DNA of 63,985 nt, filler included, from Hyphochytrium catenoides (lineage: Eukaryota > Protista > Hyphochytriomycota): the NCBI GenBank assembly GCA_900088475.1. It is 18 parts of 18 records of this genome, joined end to end, with 100 filler letters (N's around TTAATTAATTAA, not from the genome) between each part and the next. Parts side by side here need not be neighbours in the genome. Positions count along the whole stretch, not along the records: positions 10,364 to 14,980 come from FLMG01000712.1; positions 15,081 to 19,296 come from FLMG01003391.1; positions 19,397 to 23,897 come from FLMG01004688.1; 15 more parts are not named here. The stretch is one strand, 5' to 3'. Of the stretch, positions 12,458 to 23,897 are shown in pieces. Every line of letters starts with the position of its first letter. The first letter of the stretch is position 1. The position numbers and the translations under genes are program-made. A model generated the notes under the pieces. It searched no databases and was not told where the DNA came from. It saw nothing but the letters and a program-made list of their open reading frames with translations.

Positions 12458-14253
12458 TCACTTTTTGGAAAAGATGAAGTTGGGCTGACTTGCTAGCAAG
12501 GCAAGAGTAGAAAACGTTGGCGCAGATGTTCTTATAAAAGTAACAGAGCAAATAAATAGAGTTGTTATACATCATGCAAATGAGTTCAGCATCAGTCAAC
12601 AACATCTCTCATTAGCCTTACTAGTAGATAAGCCTAAACAGCTGGAAGAGAGACGGGCACCAGATTCCTCGCGGTGGCGAACAGAGTCAAAGTGGGTCGC
12701 GGTCAGGCATGTGTCCGCCTAAGCAACCGATCCACTACACTGCTCAAGTATGCAGGGTCTATCGTAGAGTCCGGCACCATAGTTCCAAACATACCTTTCT
12801 CCACTTGTGTCCTGGGAGACTCGTTCCGTATCCTCTACGAAGCTTCGTCTATGAGCTCAGTCCTAATACTCGCCGACTCTTCTGTGGCTGACTTCTCCCC
12901 TATAAATGATTAGCGCTGAAGGCCGGCGCCGAGATAGCTTAGCCCTCAGGGGAGGGCGAGCGGGAAAAGGAAGATAAAAGAATTCAACATGGAAAAATCA
13001 ACAACAACTGGATCGGTGACGAGTAGACCAGATAGTGCGACACAAAGGTTTAGAAAGGGGAAAGCCAAAGATGCCAGGACAACACTATAAGCGACCAAGA
13101 CAACGAAGAGCCGCTGTACAGCGATAGGACGCAAAGGGAGGTATCTCGGCAGTTGATAAGCTAGAAAGAAAGCGCTCGTCTAGAGGCCTTCCCTTCGTAG
13201 CTTTCAGTCAACAGCAACGCTCCGACTTGGGAGTATTCAGCACTGAAGAACCAGAGACTGGCTGACTCAATCATCCCACTGCAGAGAGATGACATGGGTG
13301 AGCCAACAAGATTGAAAGACAAGAACACGGTTTATCAGATGCGGCGTACCTTGCGTGGAGCCGTTCTTCGGAAGCAGCGTCTTGGTGGCTGGTCCTCCTT
13401 CGCAACCGTACAGATATCTCTTGAGGTCGGCCTCGTAGAGCTTCTTGACGTTCCCGGAAAGCTTCCATCCCGCAGCAGGGATTCTGGCCATGCGTAGAGA
13501 AGATCTCCACGAAGACTCCTCCTTGTTATGCCTATAATCCTTACGAAATTGTTGACGGCTGAAGGACTCTCTTGGTCATAAGCTCATGCCAAAGTTCGTG
13601 ATGACTGGATGGTGTATGGCAGGAGCCATGCAGTGGATAGCGAGACAGCACAGCAATGGGTCGCCGCCTTCTTGGCTACTCTAGTCAAGGCAACGGCGGC
13701 AAACATATGCTTCGAGGCCCTATAATAGACAATCAACCCGACTACGATTGACAATCTAAATGCCTACACTTGCAATGACTGTCAAGCCAGAGCTTCCCTC
13801 CCGACATGAAGCCCTACTAGCAGAAGCAATGGCCACGCCAAATGAGTGCAGCCCTAACCCCAATCGCGCCTCATTGAAGAGCACGATTGACCTCTCATGC
13901 GCTTCAGAATAGCGATCATCAGCAATATCAAGACCCGCGAGCTCAAGAGTTCCGATCTGCATTTTTCCTCAGTGCTTCTGTTGGGAGGTTGAATGTTTCG
14001 TGCCGTTAACAACCTTCCATGTGAATAGTTCTCATCTATTGCGGGGCATTGTTCTCCGTAGCGGCTTGGCATTCCGATCCCCCGCTTCTGTCCTTGGTAG
14101 AAGGGGATTCGCAATTATCTCTGTAAGAGAGATCTGCATCTTTGGAAATGCCGATAAAGAGCTCTGTTGAGCCCAAGCATATCTTCGGTTCTGATTATCA
14201 AAACGGACAGGGAAACCTGCCCGTTAACGCGGTAGCTGAGCGTTCTCCGTGCC

Positions 14254-14980
14254 ATGAGAAAGCTCAATCGATTCGAGAAGAACCGGCGTCGCAATGTATC
14301 CTTTGTTCGGAGAGAATCGGGTGAAGGATCACAAGCTGGTCGCAGAAGGAGATCTGAAGGCCAGCCGGATGAGCAGCCAGAGATGGATAGTGCCTCTTTG
14401 GTGAATCGGGTGGCTACCTCAGAGAGAATGTGGAAGGGATGGCATCCAGTTTTCAACGAACGGTTAAGAAGCTGGACAAGTCCATAAGAAGTATGGGCAA
14501 GAGGGTCATGAAACTCAAAGAGGAGTTAAAAGACCTCAAGCTTGCTCGGGCAACAGGAAGAAATGAAAAGCGGGTGCAGCAAGCCCTAGGAGCTCGGCGA
14601 GGCAGAGACCAGCTAAATGTGTGCGCTTTGCTGATGATCCTCAGCTTTCTTCTTCTGATGGGGCATCTTCTATCAGTGAGGATAGGATGGATGTCACTGA
14701 AGAAGGAGTAGAGCAAGGTCCAGTGAATGATGCACACACTGGCTCTTCCTGCAGAGGCTGGGACAGATGGAGCTGCTTCATCTCTATTACCTTCTTCTAG
14801 GAAGGATGATTCTTCTAATTCTGAACCGGAGGTTGATCCTGAGGACAGTGCTGACTCATCTGCTGACTCCTCAGATGAAGAAGAAGAATATGATGAGCAG
14901 GTAATGGCTGTTCTTGGAGATCCGCAAACCCCTACTGGTTCAAGTCCAACGTTGGCAGGTGATGGAAGAGCCATCGCTAG
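14254..14980 (+). pseudogene. Frameshifted coiled-coil/acidic reading frame, identity unknown
   Basis: Three consecutive ORFs (14254, 14430, 14727) have protein-like composition (KKLDKSIRSMGKRVMKLKEELKDLK; SSDEEEEYDE). They are broken by a frameshift and stops and run into the linker. Confidence 0.3.
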
Positions 14981-17900
14981 NNNNNNNNNNNNNNNNNNNN
15001 NNNNNNNNNNNNNNNNNNNNNNNNTTAATTAATTAANNNNNNNNNNNNNNNNNNNNNNNNNNNNNNNNNNNNNNNNNNNNTCTCTCTCTCTCTCTCTCGT
15101 GCTTTCTTTCTCTCTCTCTCTCATCACCATTCCTGTCTCCCACCCCCATCTCTGTCTTCCCTGCTTGGCCTTGCTTGTATGTATGTCTCCATGCTCACGA
15201 TGTCTTTCTCTCCTCATGTAGCCTGTGACTCTTTCTCGTCCTGACAGGTACCTCGCGTCCCTACCTCTTCCTCTTCCTCATTTCCCTCCCCTGTACACGG
15301 CCGTCATTATTCTTGTCTCTCCTCCATCCTCTTCTTTGCTGCATCTGTGCCTGCCTTCTTATGTCCTCACTCTGCCCTCCTGTCTGTGTCATCACTCTCT
15401 CTCTTTCTTCTCTCACTTGTTTCTCTGCTTCATCTCTCTCTCTCTCTTCTCTGTCGGGTGTCCTCTCTCTCCCTCTGTCTCGTTTCTTCTGCCCACTCTT
15501 TCTTTGTCCTCCTCCCCTTCCTTGTCCCTCCTTGTCATCAGCCCTGCCCCCTTCTCCCTCCTCTTCTCTGTGCCCGTTTGACCGCCTCAAGAAGCTGACT
15601 TAGTCTTACCATCTAGATTGTGTGAGATTGTGTGATCAGCGGTGACAAACACACACAAACAGCCAAACACACAATCTTCTATTCTGATAACAGGTAATAG
15701 ACTTTCGGAAGAAGCTGCGGTAAAACACAAGATAAGCTCTAAACTCACATAGCTTATCAGGCGTTCTTTTGTCTCATCAGGGTGGTCATCAAATTGAAGC
15801 TTTCGAATGTAAACCTATATGTGAAAATACCATCTTACTGTCACATACAATCAATGGCAACTTGTGAAACCTTCCTCTATCTTTCCCGAAATTTACTGTC
15901 GTACCAGCCTTTTGGGCCCTCACCATAGATAGCGAGCAATAAAAAGGCCCGCCTGCACCAAATAAGTTCAATTTGAACTTCCTCACCACTTCCTAAGAAC
16001 TCTTCGAACTACTTCTTCAACTCTCTCACACAGATGCAGCCAGGGCCGCAGCTGGAAGTATTTCTTAGGCTTATCTAAACGCACATATTGCAAGCGTGGC
16101 CGATTTTTCTCGTACATAACTTCCCACTCGCTCTTCATCAATCAACCGCCCTCCCTCGCCGCCCTTCAGTGTATCCTCCACTTCACCCATCAAAACGGTA
16201 GTACCGGCACCCCGTAATAAAACCGGTAACCGCACAAAGGTCAGGAGTCTCGCTACTAGTCGTGCTGCTTATAATTAGCTGGAGGGTACGTTGGTGGGTG
16301 GTGTCGATGTTGGGCGGGTTGCAGGTCGTCGTGGTGTTGTAGGGATGGATCTTAGACCGACGCACCGGTGCGGCGGCAGCGCCGCCGTCACTACCGCTAC
16401 TACTACGAAGACAAGTGTTCTACTATCAGTACAAGGGACAAAACAAAAAACACGGAGGATGACCAGTGCTGCTGCACATTAGTGTTGTTGTTAGAAATGA
16501 TTATTGGTGGTGGTGTTGGCTTTCACGCAGCGATGAGCAAATGCTACTACTACTAAGATTGGAAGCAGGAAAAAGGAAGTGCTATAGTCGTTTATTATGT
16601 AGTAAAACTGACTACTATAGCACTGTATCAGGGTACCAAAGAAAATGAACTTGTCGAAATAGAATGGTCCAGTAGTAGTACTGGCCAACGATGCTGTTTT
16701 AATAGAGAGGAGGAGTTCATAGTAGTAGCCCCTCTTGCTCCGGCGGGTGATGATGGGTAGCAACCATATTTAAGGCAGTCACTCGCAAGTATTCACAGGT
16801 AAACAGTCAGTATTGTTGGCGCAGTGACGATGTACTGCCCATCCATCAATCACTCTCCTCTCAATTGTAGGCGACAGTCAAACGACGAGCAAGAGTAGTG
16901 AATCGTAAAAAAGTTCTTCCCTTCCAGGCAATAACAAGTAAACACTGAAAAATGTTACGACCCTGCTGCTGGTACACGTTATCAGCTTCGTGCATAAATC
17001 CTCCGCTACTACTACTAATCATCCCGACCCTTGTGACCTACTTGTTGGACAGCAGGCAGCAAACCAAACGGCGGAACAAACGAACCAAGCCGAACCCCAT
17101 CAAGCCTTTTAAAGAAGAAGACCATCACCCTTCTTGTAGTAGTAGTGTCGGCCGAGCAATAGTGGCAGATGATCACCAGATAGCCGATGGAGAGCCAGTA
17201 GTAATAGTCGGCCTTCGTTCGTGAAACTCCATATTTCCCTGTTGTGCAAAAACTCCAGCGCTCCCTCGTCGGCGGAGGAGGGTCGTTGTTGTGCGAAGAG
17301 GCATAATAGTAACCTGTTAGGTACTGAAAGGGAGGTAGGAAAAGTGGTGTTGTTGTTATCATAGACTCCAGACTTCCACTTGAGGGAGAGCCACAGCAGG
17401 GGATCGAGGGGACGAAGTACAAAAATAAAAAAAAAAAAAAAACTTACTCTTTCCTACAAGGAATCCATTGTTGGTGATCCATCATTATGTTGCTAAGTAG
17501 TTCGGAGGGAAGAAGAGAGCCCAAATATATATATACGACGATTTGTCTTGTTGTCACCCATCATAGAGGTCCGCCACCATCTCCACTTGCTGAGAAAAAG
17601 CAGGCATCTTGCAATCATCCTCAGCATATATTTGTGTTTAAAATAACGTCTCATATAGCGTCATAGCGTTATATAGTCAGGCTCTTTTTGTCCTACTTTT
17701 ATGGACTGCTGGACACAACAGCGCACCAGGTATTATGTCCCTTGCTCTGCTACAGACTACAGCTTCTTCAATAACTATAACTATCCGCAAAGACAAGGTC
17801 CGACGGCTACCTCTTATCAGTTAAGTGAATGATGCTGACAGGTCACCATAATGAACTTCACGCACCTGACCCTAACCCTACTAACCGTCAACTCTGCATG

Positions 17901-19423
17901 TTTATATATCTAGGTATTCACCTACTTTTTACTTTGCTATCTTACCCCGTTAAGAGACTCTTTCTTACGAAATCTCGCACGGTGACAACATGGGCTCCTG
18001 CAATATTCTTAGGAAATCGCCTACAGTGGAAGGGTCCGACTGAGTCTAAACAGCGTGACAGGGAAGGCCTGAAGTCTCATCATAGTGCATCAAAAGCTCA
18101 CTCTTGCTGGTAGGACGTGCCTCCAAAAATTATAACCAATTTTTGTTGTTGGCCAATTGGGAATCCTTCTGCTTACGATATACTACCATCACAAACAAAA
18201 GAAGAGGAGGGAGACGGTAAGGAGTAGTATACAAGTATTCTCAAAGAGTGACCAGGTAACCCGAACCCGAACCCAACACACTGCTATTATTTCATCCTCA
18301 GATGTAGCCACCGCAGAACGAAGACGTAGTGCATTGAAAGGGAGGCAGGGCTGAGTCAGGCGTATCGTTTGATCATGCAGCTACAAATATATATCGTTTA
18401 TATTCCTCTCCTTGTCCTCCTACCTGCGTTCGTAGAGCTGGGATGATGATAATACTAATTGGCACCACAGGAGAGGACTAGTAGAGGATAAGAGCAAGAA
18501 AGAAACGTGGCGCTTAACAGTCATTATTGCAGAAAGAAGAAAGGATTGAGCTTGCAGGGTGGAATAGTAGAGCTGGTGGAGATAGTAGAGCTTTATATAG
18601 CGCGTCGAAAGCAGCCGCTGCTTGTTGTTTCATTCTTCACTTCGTCAGCTGATGATGTTGCCTTACCATTCATAGAGAACCCAGAAAAAAGGAGCAGAAG
18701 AAGACAGAGTAGTACGCTGCCAAGTGATTGCACTATACTCTTCTTTAGACCAGCCCTAATATATATGAGGATAACCTATTGATGATGATGATGATGAAGG
18801 TGGGTCGTCATCTCAACAGCAGCAGCAAAGACAGGCATGCTCGGTAGGTCATCAGGGAATAGTACCTGGTAGTCATTACAGTCCTTCTCATCCTTCTTCC
18901 GTCCTTCCATCCTTTCCTCTTTCAATTCTCTCTCTTCTTCTCCAGCTCTTCTTCTTCTCTTGGCCCTTGTCGTGTTTGTTGCTTCTTATTTACTTCCTCG
19001 TCGAGAGGACGGTCTTCATCATCAATCTTGCTTCTTTATGCTTACTTTGTGTCGTCTTTATAAGTAGATATAAATAACGTTGCAGTACTTACTTACTATC
19101 CTTCGAATTCTAGTACATCAACAAGGGAAAGAAACACAGATACCAAGTACCAAGTAACACCCACTGTTTACTACTTGCCACTTGCATCAAATGGGGCTGT
19201 ACGTTTCATAGCTGGTAACGACATTCTCTTTGGGAGTTGAGTTGATTGGTGCCAAATAGTAAAAAGGACAGGGGAGAGAGAGAGAGAGAGAGAGAGNNNN
19301 NNNNNNNNNNNNNNNNNNNNNNNNNNNNNNNNNNNNNNNNTTAATTAATTAANNNNNNNNNNNNNNNNNNNNNNNNNNNNNNNNNNNNNNNNNNNNGAGA
19401 GAGAGAGAGACAGACAGAGAGAC

Positions 19424-19464
<41 letters not shown>

Positions 19465-19549
19465 CAGAGAAAGAGATTGGGGTTGAAAGCACAAAAAGGA
19501 TTTGTTTCGAAGAGAGCAAAAATCAGACGGAGGGAGGGAGAAGAAGAAG

Positions 19550-19582
<33 letters not shown>

Positions 19583-19738
19583 AGAGGGAAAGAAAGAGAG
19601 GAAAAGCGGAGAGGGCAGAGATGTTGGGTCAAAGAGATTGCAAGTGAGTGGTGAAGAGAGAAAAAGATACAGCGAGAGAGGGACATAGAGGGACAGACAC
19701 ACATGCAGAAAGAGAGAGTGAGCGAACGAGCGAGAGAG

Positions 19739-19781
<43 letters not shown>

Positions 19782-19785
19782 GTAC

Positions 19786-19940
19786 ATGTTTGACACTTTC
19801 TGTGTCAACAAATCTCTCGAGGGCGGCGAAATTTTCTCTTCTACTCCTCAAATCGAGAGCTTGGACCTGCCGCTGAAGGAGATTTATAAAGGCGTTCGGG
19901 GAGGAGATATCTGCGAGACAGAGTGACGAGGGAGAAAGGC

Positions 19941-20004
<64 letters not shown>

Positions 20005-20399
20005 AGGAGAAAGAGAGAAAGAGAGAGAAAAGAGAGAGAGAGAAGAGGAGAGAGAAAAGAGAGAGAAAAAAAAGAGAGAGAGAGAGAGAGGAGCAAGGAG
20101 AGAGAAAGGACACAGAGAGAGTGTTGGGCGTGAGAGAGATAAGATTGAGAGAGAGAGAGAGAGAGAGGAGACAAAGGGTGAGTAAGAGAGAAAGAGACAG
20201 AGAAAAGAGAGAGACGGAGGCAAAGCGAAGCGGGCAGGAATGCAGAGGGAAGAGAGACAAGGGGAGACAACAGAGGAGACAACAGCAAGGAAGAAAGAAG
20301 GAAGACTGCAAAGAATCGGGAAAGAGAGACACTCTTTAAGGGTAGAGAGAGAGAGGGAGAGAGAGAGCACGAGAGAGACTTGTTAAGGGAAGAGAGTTA

Positions 20400-20458
<59 letters not shown>

Positions 20459-20663
20459 TTAAGGGGACTGATAGAGAGAGTGAAAGAGAGGCAAATAGTA
20501 GAGATCCTTCAACAGTACGCCGCTCTCTCTGTCTCTCTCCATATTCTTTCCTCTCGTATCAAAGCTCTCTCTCTCTCTTCTTTTTTCTGTGCTTACCTCT
20601 TCGCCTCTTAAGGCGCTGCCGAGCAGCCCCTCCACCTTCTTCTCTTTCTCTCCCAGGATCCAT
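19786..20663 (-). CDS. N-terminal exons of an unidentified protein, 3' truncated
   Basis: Exon 20663-20597 (GTAAGC donor) and exon 19910-19786 (GTACGC donor) splice in phase to MDPGREREEGGGAARQRLKRRRDISSPNAFINLLQRQVQALDLRSRRENFAALERFVDTESVKH. Confidence 0.45.
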
Positions 20664-20755
20664 AGCTGAAGAGGAGAGAGAGAGAGAGAGAGAGAGAAAG
20701 ATAGAAAAGAAAGGGAGAGACACGGGAGAATGAGAGAGACAAGCAAAGAGAAAGT

Positions 20756-20790
<35 letters not shown>

Positions 20791-21317
20791 ATAGGGCACA
20801 GCAGTAGAGCAATAGCAGCAGTAGTGCCCGCGCTAGATGTCTTTCCCTTTGCCTCTCTCTTCCTAACCTGTCGCCATCGTGTCTTCTAGTCTCTTTCTCT
20901 TTTGGTCTCTCTCTCTTTTTGCCTCTTTCTAGGTACTACGGCGGATGTCTGCACGATTATTCTTAGGCTAACGTGAACGGAAAAGAGTCGGGAAGAGAGA
21001 GAAAGAGGGAGAAATAGAGAGAGAAGAAGAGAGAAGAAGAGAGAAGTCTCAATGAAAAGAGCTTATCTTGTCATCAAGGGGACAACGGCAGGGATCTGAG
21101 GAAAAGTGAGAGAACAGAGTGGAACTGATTTGACAACTAGGTAGAGAGAGAGACAGAGAGCGAAGAGAGAGAAAGACAGAAAGAGCGAGAGAGAGAGAGA
21201 GAAAAAGAGAGTGAGTAGAAGAGAGAGTGGGAGAGTGAGGGATGGCAAGGGAGACGGAAGAGAGAGAGAGAGAGAGAGAGAGAGAANNNNNNNNNNNNNN
21301 NNNNNNNNNNNNNNNNN

Positions 21318-21349
<32 letters not shown>

Positions 21350-21604
21350 GAGCGAAAAGAGAGGGGAGAGAGGATGAGGAGAGAACGCAGCTGATTAAAA
21401 GGGACCATCTGTGTCCGCTAACGCCTAGACTAGCTCATATTACCCATATGAGTTATGGGTTAACCAGCTCGCGGTAACGACTTTGTAGCAAGCACTACCC
21501 ATATTATCCGTATAGGGGCAATAGAATGCATACATCATAGAGAGAGAACCAAATTCAATATATGGGTACCCATGTACTATGAAGGAAAATCATGATATTC
21601 AAGA

Positions 21605-21643
<39 letters not shown>

Positions 21644-21965
21644 TTCTCTCTCTCTCTCTCTCTCCCCTTTCTGTGGATGTCTTGACTCTCTGTCTCCTCT
21701 TAGCCTGTGATTTCTCTCTCTTTCCTATCTTTCTCCTCTCTTGCTACCTGTCAACCCATCGACAAAGAGCAGAAAAGGACGCCTGGACTAAAAAGACACT
21801 TTCCTCTCATGGTGCTGCTTCTCTCCAAACTGGATACACCTTCCCTTCTGCCCTTTTCTCCTGTTCTTTCTCTCTTTCTCTTCTTTCCTCTCTCTCTCTC
21901 TTTGTCTCTCTCTCTCTCCTTTTCTTCCCTTCTTTATTTCACTTTCTTTCTCTGTCTTCTTTGGC

Positions 21966-22743
21966 TTAGCAGCATCCTCCTTTCTCTTTCCCTCCGCTGG
22001 AGCTGCTGCTGCTCTGTGTCGCTCCATTCACAGAAGGACCAGGAGTTCCCCGAACGCTGCAGAAAAGAAAGAGGCAAAGGAAAGAGAGAGACAGAGAGAG
22101 AGAGACAGAGAGAGAGAGAAGGTAAAGGGAGAGAGGGAGCAAAAATAAAGGTCAAAGGAGGAAGAAAAGGAAAGAGGCGGGAAGAAGTGATTAGCATCTG
22201 GGTAAAAAGCAAGAGAGAAAGAAAGAAAGACGGAGAGAGAGAGAGAGAGAGAAGAAGGTGGACCAAATAGAGAGATAAACAAGAGAAAGACAGAGGAATG
22301 GGGAAAAGACACAGAGAAGGACGAGAGAGAGACACTTTGGACAGAACCACTGGAGAGTGAGAGGCCACTTTCGAAGACAGCAAAGGTTATCAACAAAAGA
22401 TAAAGAGGGAGAGAGACTTTAGCAAAGGAGAAAGAAAAGAGAGCAAGAGTGATGACGAAGAGGAAACGACAGAGAGAGGAGAGAGAAAGAGGTGAGCGAA
22501 CGAGAAGAGAGAGAGAAGAGAGACAGAACAGACACAGAGAAAAAGAACAAGAGAGAGGAAAACAGAAGGACAGAGGAAGAGAGAAAGAGACAGAGGGAGG
22601 ACGAAGAGAGAGAGAGAGAGAGAAGAAAGAGAGAGAGGACGCTATACACAGACACAGACACACACACAGAGCGAGCGAGCGAGCGAGAGAGAGAGAGANN
22701 NNNNNNNNNNNNNNNNNNNNNNNNNNNNNNNNNNNAGAGAGAG

Positions 22744-22775
<32 letters not shown>

Positions 22776-23167
22776 AGTCCACTCACTTTCTCCCCGAGAT
22801 GTTCATGGGCTGGACATCATCGACAATATTGATCGTCCCTGTCCGTGTTCCTCTCCTCGATCCTACGCCGCCCGCTCCTGTCACACCTTTAGGCGCGCCC
22901 GAGCTTGCCCCTGAAGATATTCCGTAATCCATCTCTTCCAGTGTTTCCGTGACCAAAGTTCCGCCGCCTCCTTTCCCTCCTTGGGCGCCGGCGCTGCCTC
23001 TCTTCTCTCTCTTTCCTTTTCTCTTCAGCATCGCCTTGGAGAGAGAGAGAAAGACATCTTCTAAGCCTTTGTTTATCTTCGCGGAGGTGTAAAAGTGATC
23101 GGCTCCCACAGACTTGGCATAGCTGCTCTCCCGTCCCCGAGGCCAAGAGGGGAGAGAGAGAGAGAGA

Positions 23168-23243
<76 letters not shown>

Positions 23244-23897
23244 TGGAGAGAGAGAGAGAGAGGATTGTGGAGAGAGAGAAGAAGGAGGAGAGACAGGGGA
23301 GAAGGAGAGAGACGGAAGCGAGAGGAAGAGGAAAGAGAGAACAGGAGGGGTAGAAAAGAAAAAGAGAGAGAGAGACAGGGAGACCTTAGGACGATGCTGC
23401 ACTGAAAGGGGAGAAGTGGGACTAGAGGGAAGGAACATCATCGACCAATCCGAGAGAGTAGAGGGTGACCATCTGAAAGTTGGAAAGGTAAAAGAGATAC
23501 ACGAGCTTGGAAAGAGGAGAGAAAAGAGAGAGAAGGAGAGAGAGAGAGAAAAGGGATAAGACAGAGAGAGAAAACGACGGGAACACGGAGAACCAGAGGA
23601 AGATAGAGAGAGGCAACCAGAAAGAGTTAAGAATGCAAGTGAGAGAGAAAGAAGCCCATAAAACGTAAGGAGAGAGAGCGAGAGAGAATGAAAGAGAGTG
23701 AAAGAGAGAGAAAGAGAAAGAGAGAGAACGAAGAAGAGAGAGAGAGCGAGAGAGAAAGAAAGAGTGAGAAAGAGAGAGAGAGAGAGAAAGAAAGAGTGAG
23801 AGAGAGAGAGAGAGATAATTTCCTCCGGCATTTAACGTACGCGACAGCCTCTTCTTCTTTGACTTTTCTCTGTCTCTGAAGGTCAATTTTGTTCCCG
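21966..23897 (-). CDS. RAB21: Rab GTPase (Rab21-like), last 3 exons, 5' truncated
   Basis: Exons 23897-23841 (GNKIDL, G4 motif), 23122-22787 (YAKSVGADHFYTSAK, G5 motif) and 22056-21966 (ends KGGCC*, prenylation motif) have consistent phases. YAxSVGAxHxxTSAK is typical of Rab21. Confidence 0.88.

Noticed and set aside
12434-12471. Vector (pSUPER shRNA) contamination
   Set aside because: Only the 3' half fits. I saw no H1 promoter, GATCCCC leader or plasmid backbone in the flanks.
12700-12900. Stop-codon reassignment suggested by isolated in-frame TAG/TAA/TGA in otherwise open frames (also near 52000-52260 and 61707)
   Set aside because: Intact conserved genes end normally in TAG (RPB9, zinc finger) or TAA (ATP epsilon, Rab21, Psf2, tRNase Z) and have no internal stops. 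The interrupted frames are better explained as decay.
17865-17890. Telomeric CCCTAA-like repeats
   Set aside because: Only about two imperfect units, internal to the contig; compatible with chance.
19345-23886. Long ORFs of poly-(Ser-Leu) or poly-(Arg-Glu), e.g. 341 aa at 19345-20370 and many others window-wide
   Set aside because: They are translations of intronic (CT)n/(AG)n microsatellite, which contains no stop codons. The real exons are the short non-repetitive islands.
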